A DNA stretch of 64,000 nt from a virus (IMGVR_UViG_2974779332_000001:69091-133090); one strand, 5' to 3'; shown: positions 18,146 through 28,355, numbered from the stretch's first letter. A program made the numbers and translations. The notes: generated by a model from the sequence alone, not told the origin.

Positions 18146-18942
18146 CGTGAAGGTAAGAAAGATGGTCGTGTATTACAGCGGCGTCAGTGATGAAGAAGAG
18201 GACAAGCTTATGGAAGCTGTTGAAAATGTCCTCTGTCCAAAGGCTGACGAGGAAGACCACGAATGCCGAATGCACTTTATGGCTTGGCGCACTGTTGACG
18301 ACTACGATGAATAATGAAAATGTATGGTCGAAGGGTCTGGAGAGGACAGACTTATGAGGACTCTCCAAGAACTAATAAACAGTGGAGGGCTCATGAGAAG
18401 CGACAATGGCGAAGAGAAGCCCGTCTCCATGACCGACCTAGTAATGGCCGGTGTGCTGGTACTTGACGGAGCTGACGAAGAAGGTATATTCTTCGAGATA
18501 GATTGGGATAAGCTCCAAGCATATAGCATGGAATTGTATCTATACTTCCGGGAAGCCGAGATGATGGGCGAGCTAATTCCTGGTGATGATACAATGGAGG
18601 CATGAAGACATATACAATCGCAGTAAGCCTTCTATTGTCAGTGGAAGCTCCTGACCAATCCGATGCTCTTGAAGCAGTCAAAGATACTTTCGGAGAAGGC
18701 GAAATCTGCGGCATAGATATAAAAGATGTCGAGGTTGAAGTAATTGATGAACTTTGACATGCTGTCCAATGTTCCTGGCATTGAGTTTAGACTTAAGTGC
18801 TCATTTTGCCCGGAGGAAGCAGACGGTGACTTGACAGTAGAGCTTGAACCTGGTATGTTTATACCACTGCCAATCTGTGAGTCTTGCCTAGTTGAACAGG
18901 CTAAGAACTTCAACATGATTGAGAGTCCTGAATAAGGACTAT

Positions 18943-19014
18943 GGGCGATTAGTGTTAATGGGAGCACGTCAGTTTTGCACACTGATAGAGGGGGTTCGAG
19001 TCCCCCATTGTCCA
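18943..19014 (+). tRNA. tRNA-Ala(TGC)
   Basis: G3-U70; loop TTTGCAC. Confidence 0.9.
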
Positions 19015-19180
19015 CAACTCCTGCGCAGGGAGGTGCTAGAATGAGTGTGGAACGTGCAATCGTAATCGTGATTCTAGTTGTACTAGCTGTATTCCTAATC
19101 ACGACGCTTCTATAAAAAAGAACTGGCTGGCCGATACGAACCCCATCGTATCCTTGCCCAAGGGTTAGGGACCAGCACTA

Positions 19181-19254
19181 GATTCAGTCGCAGAATTGGT
19201 ACTGCAAAAGACTCTTAATCTTTGAGGATGTGGGTTCGAGTCCCACCTGAATCA
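19181..19254 (+). tRNA. tRNA-Lys(CTT)
   Basis: GATTCAG/CTGAATC; loop CTCTTAA. Confidence 0.88.
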
Positions 19255-19356
19255 CGTTGGGTTAGGGGACGCACACCTGGCGAGGTGCCCGCCCAGCTCC
19301 ACTTAAAACCCACCCCAGTCCTCGTGGCTGGGGTTTTTTATGCTACAATAACTAGT

Positions 19357-19908
19357 ATGACTACACCAAAGAAGTACACTCCAAGGCCAGGCGATATTGG
19401 GCTCACCAGAATTGGTGGCCTGACGGGCGTCCTAGTAGGTCTGGGGCAATTCATCATTCGAGACGCAAGCAGATACACTCATGCGTTTGTTGTTTTGGAC
19501 AACGGGGAAGTTGTAGAAGCCATGCCAGGTGGAGCAATCATCAGCCCACTGGACAAGTATGCTGGAACTACCAAGTATGGAAGTCCACTGGCAGTCTATC
19601 TAGACATCAAGTTGACACCAGAACAGCGAGACGCTATCGTAAGAGAAGCCCGGCAGCTAGAAGGAACGCCATACAGCTTCCTTGACTATGTAGCCTTGGC
19701 TATGGAAAGATTCGGTTTGAAGTGGAAGTGGGTAGAGAACAGAGTCACTTCCTCTAAGCACATGATATGCTCACAGCTAGCTGACGAAGCATACAATCGT
19801 GCTGGCGTCCATCTCTTTGAAGATGGTAGACTATCCCAGAAGGTTACTCCAGGAGATTTGACCTATGTCGGATTTGACCAACGAGAAGATGAAGTGCTGG
19901 GGCTGTAA
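19357..19908 (+). CDS. Permuted papain-like NlpC/P60 (YaeF/YiiX-type) amidase
   Basis: PGDIG, YTHAFV (His before Cys), GTPYSF, MICSQL. Confidence 0.75.
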   Translation: MTTPKKYTPRPGDIGLTRIGGLTGVLVGLGQFIIRDASRYTHAFVVLDNGEVVEAMPGGAIISPLDKYAGTTKYGSPLAVYLDIKLTPEQRDAIVREARQLEGTPYSFLDYVALAMERFGLKWKWVENRVTSSKHMICSQLADEAYNRAGVHLFEDGRLSQKVTPGDLTYVGFDQREDEVLGL

Positions 19909-20107
19909 GGCTGACAAGCCCAAGGACCAGTTCGACAAGAATCCAGCCTTGTGCAGAACATGCGTAGGTGGTACAGTAGTACCAAGAAGCACAAAGCGAG
20001 GACGCTCAAGAGGAAGCGGTGGCGGATTCGCTGATGCAGTTGGTGATTTTGTAGAAGGAATCATCGACGCAATCACAGGCAATTAGTAAGACGCCCGTAA
20101 GGGCTAT

Positions 20108-20183
20108 TCCGGTGGGGCTACTATTGGCAGTAGCGACGAGCTGTTAACTCGTTTCCCTGTAGGTTCGATTCCTGCCTCCGGAG
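20108..20183 (+). tRNA. tRNA-Asn(GTT)
   Basis: Loop CTGTTAA in ACGAG/CTCGT; T arm. Confidence 0.85.
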
Positions 20184-20582
20184 CTGGCCGCCAAAGCTTA
20201 GGGAAATAGCTACCCTAGGCACGGATAAACCGGATGGTAGGTCATAGTTTTCTAGATAAGCTATGACTGAGGACAAGGTGGAAACCCGGAGACAAACTGG
20301 GGCACGGCCAACCATTTATAGATTTGCTAAGGTGCGTAGATTCACAGGCTAGAATGGGTTTTACTGATTTTCAAATCCAGGAGGCGGTGATGAAGAAGGG
20401 TTTAGCGGCTCTACTTACCCAAGAGGAATCAGTTGAGGGTAATCGCGCTAAGTAAAAGAGCGGCTGTTGGGACCGCTTCGAGCATGAGACCCGGCTCAAA
20501 CGGGGAGTGCTGCATCCCTTCCAAAGGGTAAGATGGATATCCTATTGATAATAGTGGGTTGGAAATGCCCTCTCCATCACAT

Positions 20583-20655
20583 TGGCCTATAGTTCAATTG
20601 GTAGAGCAGATGGTTGTTACCCATCAAGTTGCTGGTTCGAATCCAGCTAGGTCAG
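20583..20655 (+). tRNA. tRNA-Asn(GTT), second copy
   Basis: TGGCCTA/TAGGTCA; loop TTGTTAC. Confidence 0.88.
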
Positions 20656-20735
20656 CGCAAAGCGATTACATCAATCTGCTTACGTCAAGTCACCCTTAAT
20701 GGGTGACTTTTGGCGTTTTATGGTACCATCGTTTT

Positions 20736-22040
20736 ATGTCAATCGAGATAATTAAGGACGTCACTGTTGAAACTGTGGAAGTTCCCACAGTTGAAGAGTT
20801 CGACGCATTGAAGCAAAAGGTCGATGCTATTCCAACGAGTAGCACATCTGTAAAGGAGCGTCCGTGGGAAGTAGTTGTTACTGAGGGATTCAATGATGCT
20901 GCCATAAAGGCTGGACTGGACAAGGTTCTTTCTGGTCGTAATGGTAACGCAGTTCAGAAGACACTTATTCTTCCACCAGGCGACTTCCATCTAAAGAATC
21001 CCCTGCTGACTCAGGCAAAAGACAATGGTTCTCAAATTGAAGGACTTAGCATACGGGGGCAGGGCAAGCGAGTAACCAAGGTATTTGTCGATTCAAGCCC
21101 GGCAGCGAGTAGCGACCCTTGGGCCAATAACTTCATCACAGCTCATGGTCTAAGATACTTTACTCTAGAAGACTTCACAGTAGTATCAGGTGGAGAGAAC
21201 AACAACTTCGCCTATCTATGGAGTCTAGCCACAGGGCCATACAACCAGGAGTGGAACGTTCAATCCCTTGAATTCCAGGGAGCCTGGAATAGAGTATTTG
21301 GGTTTGATGGAGATGCTACAGCTAACCTCAATTCAGAGTTTGTTATTGATAGAATCTCAACAGCAACAAACTCAAGATTTAAGGACGCGTTCATGCGTCT
21401 TGGTGGAATTGGACAGACTACAAACCAGCAAAACCAGTTTCTCAACTACTGGATTACTAACAGCCAGTTTGTACTGACATCAGGAACAGTCTTCCGATTT
21501 GACCGAGGTGGAAGCGTTCGTATCGCACGTGGAAGCTGGAGTGCAGCCAACAAGACTGATGGACCTATCACGTTCCTCAGCATGCCTGTCAGCGATTTCA
21601 ACAACAGGTCAGCCACTCAGGTGTCCGTCAGAGATATCCGCTTTGAGCCAAAGGCTGCCAACCATCGTGTCATCGACTGTGCTTGGGGCAACGGAAGCAT
21701 CACCTTCGATGACTGTGCTGACCTGGGAAGCTTGCAGAACGACGCAGCCATGGAGTATGCTACTCACAGATACGTCGGACAGTCTCCTTGGGGATTTGGT
21801 GTCATGCCAACCGTGAGGTATCGCAACTGTCAGCTTGTAGGGTATCATCTGTATGAAGGCCCGGAAGTGAAGAGAGGCAACATTGTCTATGATGGTTGCT
21901 ACTTCTACCGTGGTGGGTCTGGACAGAAGGCTCCAGCAGTTGCTACGCTAGGACCGAAGACGGCACTGAGCTGGACATCAGGAGCACCAAAGTTCAGATT
22001 CAGTGAATGTGAGAATGTAGACAATGCAACTAACGTGTGA
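20736..22040 (+). CDS. Right-handed beta-helix (pectate-lyase-like) protein, possible depolymerase
   Basis: DAAIKAGLD..TLILPPGDF..LSIRGQGKRVT start motif; repeated beta-strand/Asn/Cys rungs. Confidence 0.6.
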   Translation: MSIEIIKDVTVETVEVPTVEEFDALKQKVDAIPTSSTSVKERPWEVVVTEGFNDAAIKAGLDKVLSGRNGNAVQKTLILPPGDFHLKNPLLTQAKDNGSQIEGLSIRGQGKRVTKVFVDSSPAASSDPWANNFITAHGLRYFTLEDFTVVSGGENNNFAYLWSLATGPYNQEWNVQSLEFQGAWNRVFGFDGDATANLNSEFVIDRISTATNSRFKDAFMRLGGIGQTTNQQNQFLNYWITNSQFVLTSGTVFRFDRGGSVRIARGSWSAANKTDGPITFLSMPVSDFNNRSATQVSVRDIRFEPKAANHRVIDCAWGNGSITFDDCADLGSLQNDAAMEYATHRYVGQSPWGFGVMPTVRYRNCQLVGYHLYEGPEVKRGNIVYDGCYFYRGGSGQKAPAVATLGPKTALSWTSGAPKFRFSECENVDNATNV

Positions 22041-22238
22041 TACCCTTAAAAGACTATTTTAAGGAGTCACCGTGAGATTTGCTAGTGGTTTGAGGCCCGG
22101 CAGTAAGACGAAGTATGGTACTGTCGTAGCAGCCCAACGTACCCTTGATGGCAAGAAGATACAGTTGACACTGTCAGGCCGTCCTGGTAACGTAGTAATC
22201 AGCAAGTACGCAATCGTCCGAACACTTTGGAGATGAAG

Positions 22239-22640
22239 ATGGCTGTTAATCTTGGCGATGACGCTGCCAAGGAAGCCGAAGAGGACATCAAGGAAGACCT
22301 TGATGATGGTCGCCCTATCAAGGAGATTGTCAAGGACGCTGCCAAGGCATATGCTAAGGCCAAGGGTCGTCAGGCTTTCTTCGCTGCTGTGAAGCTAATG
22401 AAGGCTAAGCAGAAGGAGCAGGGCAAGAGCAACACATCTGGAGTAAAGGCAATGCAGAAGAAGGCTTCTCAGCTTCGTGTCGGTGACATCACCTCTGATG
22501 GTGAGGTTCTGACTGTTGGCAGGTCTCCTGTTGACAAGAAGCAGTATGAGGTTGTTTTCATGGGTTCCTCTGGCTCCGACCGTCAAATTGTTGACCAGAA
22601 CACCAAGTACGAAGTTGTTGAGCGTCGAAGCATTCGCTGA
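22239..22640 (+). CDS. Hypothetical protein
   Basis: GGAG RBS; KASQLRVGD motif. Confidence 0.6.
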   Translation: MAVNLGDDAAKEAEEDIKEDLDDGRPIKEIVKDAAKAYAKAKGRQAFFAAVKLMKAKQKEQGKSNTSGVKAMQKKASQLRVGDITSDGEVLTVGRSPVDKKQYEVVFMGSSGSDRQIVDQNTKYEVVERRSIR

Positions 22641-22659
22641 ACAACGGCCTTCGGGCCAC

Positions 22660-22731
22660 GTCCCTATAGTTTAGAGGATAGAACGGTTGCCTCCTAAGCA
22701 ACAGACGCAGGTTCGATTCCTGCTGGGGACA
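22660..22731 (+). tRNA. tRNA-Arg(CCT)
   Basis: GTCCCTA/TGGGGAC; loop CTCCTAA. Confidence 0.9.
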
Positions 22732-23209
22732 CATGGCAAATGATGATAAGGTCTATCTGGTATGGACCTACACCGAAAGCACCGACCCTGACACTGAGGG
22801 TCAAATTGAATACCTTGGCGTGGCAATGTCAGAAAAGCGTGCCAAGGAAATTGCCGACAGTTACGAGCCCGGCAGTGAGTGGACAAAGGAAGAGGATTAC
22901 TACTGGACCTATAAGTCTGACTCACGGTGGGGTCATAACGCAACTCACGAGGTCTGCTACGAACCGCTTGACGTACTGTGAGCGACGTAGTAGAGTAGAA
23001 CCTAGAACGACACCTCCTAAGTGTCTTGGGTACACAAACTAGGAGGAAAAATGATTTACATCGTAACTGACGGAGTCTGCTGCTGCGGCATCGAGATTCT
23101 AGGAGTCTTCACCACAAAGGAAAAGGCTCAGAAGTTCATTGACGGCGACGAGAAATACAAGTACGCTGACATTGAAGAACACGAAGCAGAATAAGCCCGA
23201 AAGGGTTTT

Positions 23210-23282
23210 GGGGTTGTAGCTCAACTGGAAGAGCATCTGCATGGCATGCAGAAGGTTGTGGGTTCGAGTCCCATCTTCTCCA
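23210..23282 (+). tRNA. tRNA-Ala(GGC)
   Basis: Loop ATGGCAT; G3-U70; two acceptor mismatches. Confidence 0.8.
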
Positions 23283-23495
23283 CAAGTTTTTATCAGTTTT
23301 CAACGGAACGAAAACTGAACGGTGCTCAGCTCTAGCAGGCTGAATTCGGTAGCAAGGTATAGCCCGTAGACCCCTTGCAGCGTACAGACCACATGTGCTA
23401 GCATGGTACGTATTGGGGGAGGGCGAGGTTGGTCGCTTCAAACTCCCATCATATATATAATAGATAAAAGCCCTAGGGTACCCTAGGGCAACCAA

Positions 23496-23568
23496 GCTCC
23501 GGTAGCTCAGTTGGTAGAGCAGGCGGCTCTTAACCGTCGTGTCGCTGGTTCAAGTCCAGTTCGGAGTA
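23496..23568 (+). tRNA. tRNA-Lys(CTT), second copy
   Basis: GCTCCGG/TCGGAGT; loop CTCTTAA. Confidence 0.9.
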
Positions 23569-23688
23569 CAAAGGATGATTGCAAGCATCCTCAATCACAT
23601 TGGGGTTCGACTCCCAGTGGTAAACAATGTGGTGTAATCGAGAAGAAAAGGCGAGGTCGTTGGACCTGCTGTCTAGCTTCTCCCTTAT

Positions 23689-23763
23689 GGTCCAGTCGCA
23701 CAGTCTGGTAGTGCAATTGACTTTTAATCTTTGTGGACGTGGGTTCGAATCCCACCTGGACCA
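23689..23763 (+). tRNA. tRNA-Lys(TTT)
   Basis: GGTCCAG/CTGGACC; loop CTTTTAA; weak anticodon stem. Confidence 0.75.
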
Positions 23764-23926
23764 CATGAAACAGTGGAGTGCAGGCGAAAAGGTAATTCGT
23801 AACAACAACACTGATGCTGGTGAAGTCATCAGCCAGAATGGAAAGCAAGTAACTGTCAAGCTTGACAGTGGCGGTACAAAAGTTCTTGGGGCCAATGACC
23901 TCAAGCGTAGGCGCTAAGGCGCTTTT

Positions 23927-23999
23927 CCCTCTGTGGCGCAACGGATAGCGCAGCGGTCTTCGAAGTCGTTGGTTGGGGGTTCGAATCCCTCCAGAGGGG
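23927..23999 (+). tRNA. tRNA-Arg(TCG)
   Basis: CCCTCTG/CAGAGGG; loop CTTCGAA. Confidence 0.88.
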
Positions 24000-24208
24000 C
24001 CTTGACATAGCCAAGATGGCATGTCAGAATGTTAACAGGACGCAGCGGACAAGGCTTAGGCGGATGAAACAAGCCGGTGGGATGCGAGTGGCTGACCAGT
24101 CCTGTTGACACAAGCGGGGAACGTTGAGTATGCTAACCTCATAGAGGAACGACGACTAACAAGTTCCCCGCTTTTCATTAAACAAATCTAGTAACTAGGA
24201 GTTACAAC

Positions 24209-25018
24209 ATGGGTTTCTTCGGCAACAAGTCCAAGCCTGCTTTCGTTCGGTCTCGGACTCTTACGCCTAAGAAGACTGTTCGACTGACGTACTTCTCCAA
24301 CAGTGGTCCGGCTGTCAGTCTCCAGAAGATTTCCAATGTGAGTCTTCGCAAGGAGGTTGAGGACACTGCTAAGGTCATCAAGAAGGGTGGAGCCCTCGGT
24401 GTCAAGTGGGCCGTTCTCGGTGCCGTTGACACTTCTGGTTCAATGGGTGGCCTTTACCAGAGTGGTGCTGTTCAGACGGTAACTGACCGTGCGCTAGCTT
24501 TCACGCTTTCAATCGATGAGGATGGGTTCATTCCCTTTGCCACATTCGGTGAGCGCTTCAAGTGGCGCAAGGAAGTTGGTCAGGCTGACTACCAGAACCT
24601 CGTTCGTACTGAGGGCTGGGACCGAGGTCTTGAGTATGGCACTGTCCTTGCCAAGACTGTTCGAGAGATTACCGCTCTAGCCAAGGGTGCCGACACTCCT
24701 GTCTATGCGTTTATCATCACTGATGGTGAGCCTACGGACGGTAAGGAGAATGTCTTCAAGGCCATCCAGGAGGCTTCTCAGTACCCCATCTTCTTCAAGT
24801 TCCTTGCGGTTGGTGGAAACCGAGGTGCCATTGCATTCCTCAACGAGCTTGACGACATGGAGCGCACTCGTCCTGGTTCACGTCTGTTTGACAACGTGGA
24901 CACGGCTGAGATTCCTGACCCCAAGCGCGTGTCAACTGAGCAGTTCGCTGCTATGATGACTGAGGAGATGGCGAACACCATCCAGGGCATGAAGGATGCT
25001 GGTCTAGTCACTGGTTGA
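24209..25018 (+). CDS. vWA domain protein, TerF-like type
   Basis: DTSGSM, FIITDGEP, PIFFKFLAVG, LDDM..RLFDNVD. Confidence 0.8.
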   Translation: MGFFGNKSKPAFVRSRTLTPKKTVRLTYFSNSGPAVSLQKISNVSLRKEVEDTAKVIKKGGALGVKWAVLGAVDTSGSMGGLYQSGAVQTVTDRALAFTLSIDEDGFIPFATFGERFKWRKEVGQADYQNLVRTEGWDRGLEYGTVLAKTVREITALAKGADTPVYAFIITDGEPTDGKENVFKAIQEASQYPIFFKFLAVGGNRGAIAFLNELDDMERTRPGSRLFDNVDTAEIPDPKRVSTEQFAAMMTEEMANTIQGMKDAGLVTG

Positions 25019-25249
25019 CAGACACGCTCTGATGATGTAGAGTAGTAAACATCAGGGAAACCCGCTCAAACTTGGCCGAAGGCCCGGTGGCGTTCAGGGA
25101 AGCGGGGATGTAGGATAGAGTGAACGTACTCCTACAACAGCAAAGACTAAAATCCCAGTCTGAGGCTGATTATGATAGGGTAGTGCTAAAGGTGAAGAGG
25201 TGGAGGCGAAAGCCAGAGAAGCTTAGGACTCACCCCAAAGCACTATAAT

Positions 25250-25321
25250 GGCAGTGTGGTGAAACGGCTATCACGTTCCCCTCATAAGGGAAAATCGAAG
25301 GTTCGATTCCTTCCATTGCTA
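25250..25321 (+). tRNA. tRNA-Met(CAT), elongator or Ile2
   Basis: GGCAGTG/CATTGCT; loop CTCATAA. Confidence 0.88.
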
Positions 25322-25323
25322 CT

Positions 25324-25395
25324 TGCAGGTTAGTGAAACGGTATCACGTAGGGCTCATAATCCTAAATTCCTGTTCGAATCAGGGCCTGCCCCCA
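25324..25395 (+). tRNA. tRNA-fMet(CAT)-like
   Basis: 1:72 mismatch; GGG/TCC anticodon stem; loop CTCATAA. Confidence 0.75.
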
Positions 25396-25772
25396 CGTAG
25401 TACAAAAATAAAAACAACAAGGAGAATCAAATGCCTGGTCCGATGTCTACCCCCAACTCCCCGAAGCGTCCGACTCTCGCTGAGAAGGTTCAGCGCGGAA
25501 TGGACCTGATGAAGGGTAAGCTTCCGAAGTCTGGGAAGACTGCGAAGGTCCACGGCCGGTAACCTCAAGGAGGTTTAGTGGCTGACAAGTATAGCGTTAA
25601 GGAACATCTTGAGACGGTCTATGATAAGACCATATTGCAAGACAGAATTAACGCTCTCCAAGAGATAGTTGACAAGCGCCGTAGAGGTGGTAAGATTATC
25701 TCAGAGCACAAGCAAACCGGTAGAGTTCACCAATGGTTGCTCTACTACGTAAAATAAGCCCTTCGGGGTTCT

Positions 25773-25844
25773 GCATGTAAGCCAGGGACAAGCTAGGCGG
25801 GTCTGTAAAACCCTACCTCGGAGGTTCGAATCCTCCTACATGCA
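25773..25844 (+). tRNA. tRNA-Tyr(GTA), short variable region
   Basis: GCATGTA/TACATGC; loop CTGTAAA. Confidence 0.75.
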
Positions 25845-26035
25845 CTTGTAGGTGATAGGCCAATGGATGGCTCAAACGCATAAGCGTGGATACCCTGAAA
25901 AAGCACGGTTCGATTCCGGCATCACCCACATTAGACCGGGTTACATCCTACCTGGAAGCTTACAGCTTGACATTCTGTCTAAGGGCCCTTAGAGTTAACA
26001 CAGAACGTCCGGCCGAGGAGCAAAGGATGTCCTAT

Positions 26036-26110
26036 GGTGGCTGTATCATAAAAGTAATGTACTAGGCTGTGAACCTAGGTAAGAGGGGGCGGTACCCTCC
26101 AGTCACCCCA
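26036..26110 (+). tRNA. tRNA-His(GTG) with non-canonical T loop
   Basis: G-1; GTGGCTG/CAGTCAC; loop CTGTGAA; T loop GGCGGTA; CCA. Confidence 0.75.
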
Positions 26111-26133
26111 AGTAGGTTTAAACCTACATCGAT

Positions 26134-26209
26134 GGGGTTGGTAGCTCAATTGGATTAGAGCGCTGCGTTGTGGTCGCAGTGGTTGAGGGTTCGAGTCCCT
26201 TCCTTCCCA
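26134..26209 (+). tRNA. tRNA-His(GTG), second copy
   Basis: Loop TTGTGGT in CTGCG/CGCAG; canonical D and T arms; imperfect acceptor. Confidence 0.75.
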
Positions 26210-26215
26210 CCTTAA

Positions 26216-26301
26216 GCTGTCGTAGCTCAAGCTTCTGCCTAAAGCAGAAAAGAGCAGGCTAGCGTGGAGCTAGCAAGATACTGAATTAACAGTCGATGGC
26301 G
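26216..26301 (+). ncRNA. Non-canonical cloverleaf RNA with a hairpin inside the D loop
   Basis: GCTGTCG/CGATGGC; GCTC/GAGC D stem enclosing TTCTGC-CTAAA-GCAGAA; GCTAG-CGTGGAG-CTAGC; ACTG-AATTAA-CAGT. Confidence 0.45.
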
Positions 26302-26304
26302 CAT

Positions 26305-26376
26305 GGGCATGTAGCTCAGTTGGTAGAGCTTCGGTGTGAAGTACCGAGTGCGAGGGTTCGATTCCCTACTTGCCCA
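26305..26376 (+). tRNA. tRNA-Phe(GAA)
   Basis: GGGCATG/CTTGCCC; unusual loop GTGAAGT. Confidence 0.8.
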
Positions 26377-26377
26377 C

Positions 26378-26713
26378 ATGAATAGAATGAGAAAGGTAGC
26401 AAGTGCTAGCCTTCTTCTCGTTCTTGTTGGATGTGCTCAGCATGATGACAAGATAGAACTTACAAAGACAGACAGAGCGTTTGTTAAAGTAGTGCGAGAA
26501 GAAATCACTGGCGTCGAAGACAAGAGTGACGAATATCTCGTCATCAAGGGACATCATGTTTGCACTTATGCTGAGAACATGGAAACATTCCCAGTAGTCA
26601 TAGCCTGGACAAAGAGGGATACTGGCCTTACGGCGTCAGATTCCTCTTACTTCTCTGGGGCTGCGATTGCTGCGTATTGCCCCCAGCACGTAAATATGAT
26701 TCCAGGAAGATAA
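26378..26713 (+). CDS. DUF732-like lipoprotein
   Basis: Lipobox LVGC; GHHVC...FSGAAIAAYCP. Confidence 0.7.
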   Translation: MNRMRKVASASLLLVLVGCAQHDDKIELTKTDRAFVKVVREEITGVEDKSDEYLVIKGHHVCTYAENMETFPVVIAWTKRDTGLTASDSSYFSGAAIAAYCPQHVNMIPGR

Positions 26714-26977
26714 ACATGATGCAAATCGATATACACTATTCTTTTGGTGAAGGTCCATACATCGTAGGAGGAGAGATTGATGAAATCCCCTTCGAGATGA
26801 AGTATCACCAAGGAACGGCGTATCTCGTGGTTCTGACAGACAATTTCGTCATTAGGACGGCTGCTGGATATGGACCGTATCATGAGGACAAGCTAGACCA
26901 GTTGATGGTTGGTCAGTTGATTTTCAATTTGGCCCGGCAACTTGACAGTGAGTTCTAAATCCTGTAAGGTAGACCAT

Positions 26978-27052
26978 GAGGTAGAAGCAACGGGTGTTGC
27001 CGACAGTCTGCAAAACTGTTCGTTATTTGGAGTTCGACTCTCCTCTATCTCT
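26978..27052 (+). tRNA. tRNA-Cys(GCA)
   Basis: GAGGTAG/CTATCTC+T; loop CTGCAAA. Confidence 0.8.
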
Positions 27053-27068
27053 CTGATATAATATCAAT

Positions 27069-27143
27069 GCCACCTTAGCTCATTTGGTGTAGAGCGACGC
27101 TCTTGTAAAGCGTAGGCGGTCGGTTCGAAACCGACAGGTGGCT
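27069..27143 (+). tRNA. tRNA-Thr(TGT)
   Basis: GCCACCT/AGGTGGC; loop CTTGTAA. Confidence 0.9.
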
Positions 27144-27235
27144 CAATGGAGGACTAACCTGGGGAGAATGCAACCGAACTAGGCAATAGGAATCCAGGAC
27201 GGTCTAGTAGCTAGTTGCAGGTGAACGGCCTTTAT

Positions 27236-27308
27236 GCCTCGTTAGTGCTAATGGTTAACACATATCCTTGGTACGGATATAAAGAGAGTTCGATTCTCTC
27301 ACGAGGCT
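27236..27308 (+). tRNA. tRNA-Thr(GGT)
   Basis: GCCTCGT/ACGAGGC; loop TTGGTAC. Confidence 0.9.
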
Positions 27309-27430
27309 CGTTATGAATAAAATTACTCTACGACTCAAGGCCCTGTTTCTTAAGGCCAAGCCATATATTCCACTAGCTGTTGCTTGGTGGAGGACACGTA
27401 AGAACAAGAAGTAAGTTTAACTACTTCAAT

Positions 27431-27503
27431 CTCTCCATAGGCTAATTGGACAAACCAAGGTGCTACGAACGCCTAATTGTCGGTTCGAGTCCGGCTGGAG
27501 AGA
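27431..27503 (+). tRNA. tRNA-Arg(ACG)
   Basis: CTCTCCA/TGGAGAG; loop CTACGAA. Confidence 0.85.
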
Positions 27504-27787
27504 CTGGGCCCAAGTCAATAAGACTTGGGCCTTAATTCATGTTGAAGGTGATTTAACATGCTCGAAATTGACCGGTGGGAAGGAGAGGGAGGCCGAGTGC
27601 ATTACGACCTAACTCACAGAGAGAGGATAATGAAAATCCTCAAAGAGGCCGGTATTCGTTTTGAAGAAGACCCATTTGGAGAGGAAGGAACAGACAACGA
27701 TATTGCTGTGTACCCTAACAAAGATGAGAGAGTGTACTTCTCCTTTCATGCTGATGGGTTCCTTGACAATATAAACGTCTACTATTC

Positions 27788-28345
27788 ATGAGAACATTTT
27801 ACGACACAGAATTTCTTGAAGTCGGCCCAGAGGAGCCAGTAAGGTTCATCAGTCTTGGTGCCGTACGTGAGGATGGCGAAGAACTGTACCTCATCACCAA
27901 CAACCTCTACGTGCTCAACAGAGCAAATGAGAATGAGTGGATGAGGCAGAACGTCATCAGTCAGTTGCCGGTAAAGCAGGCAGCCGATGGCAGCCTTGCA
28001 TGGGATACTCAGCACCCTGATTATGCTAGGGTTCTACCCAACGAGGCGATTGCTGGACTATGGAGAGATTTTGTCCTAGACTACGAGTCACGCTTCGAGT
28101 TTGACACACCAGAGCTGTGGGCCTACTATGGAGCCTATGACCACGTGGTTGTCAGCCAGCTCTTTGGTCGCATGATTGACTTGCCAGAGGGCATGCCAAT
28201 GTATACCATGGACATCAAGCAGCGCTGGCACAATGAAGGTAAGCCTGGTCTGCCTACACAGGAAGGGTCAGAGCACAACGCTCTTGACGACGCCCGGTGG
28301 AATAAGGTAGCATATGATTACCTCGATGAGTACGCCAACAGGTGA
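27788..28345 (+). CDS. DEDDh 3'-5' exoribonuclease (RNase AS/Rv2179c-like)
   Basis: FYDTEF, ISLG, LWAYYGAYDHV, HNALDDARWN. Confidence 0.85.
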   Translation: MRTFYDTEFLEVGPEEPVRFISLGAVREDGEELYLITNNLYVLNRANENEWMRQNVISQLPVKQAADGSLAWDTQHPDYARVLPNEAIAGLWRDFVLDYESRFEFDTPELWAYYGAYDHVVVSQLFGRMIDLPEGMPMYTMDIKQRWHNEGKPGLPTQEGSEHNALDDARWNKVAYDYLDEYANR

Positions 28346-28355
28346 CTCATCACCT

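Noticed and set aside
23572-23620. Possible tRNA-Cys
   Set aside because: Only an anticodon-like hairpin and an imperfect T arm; no D arm or acceptor
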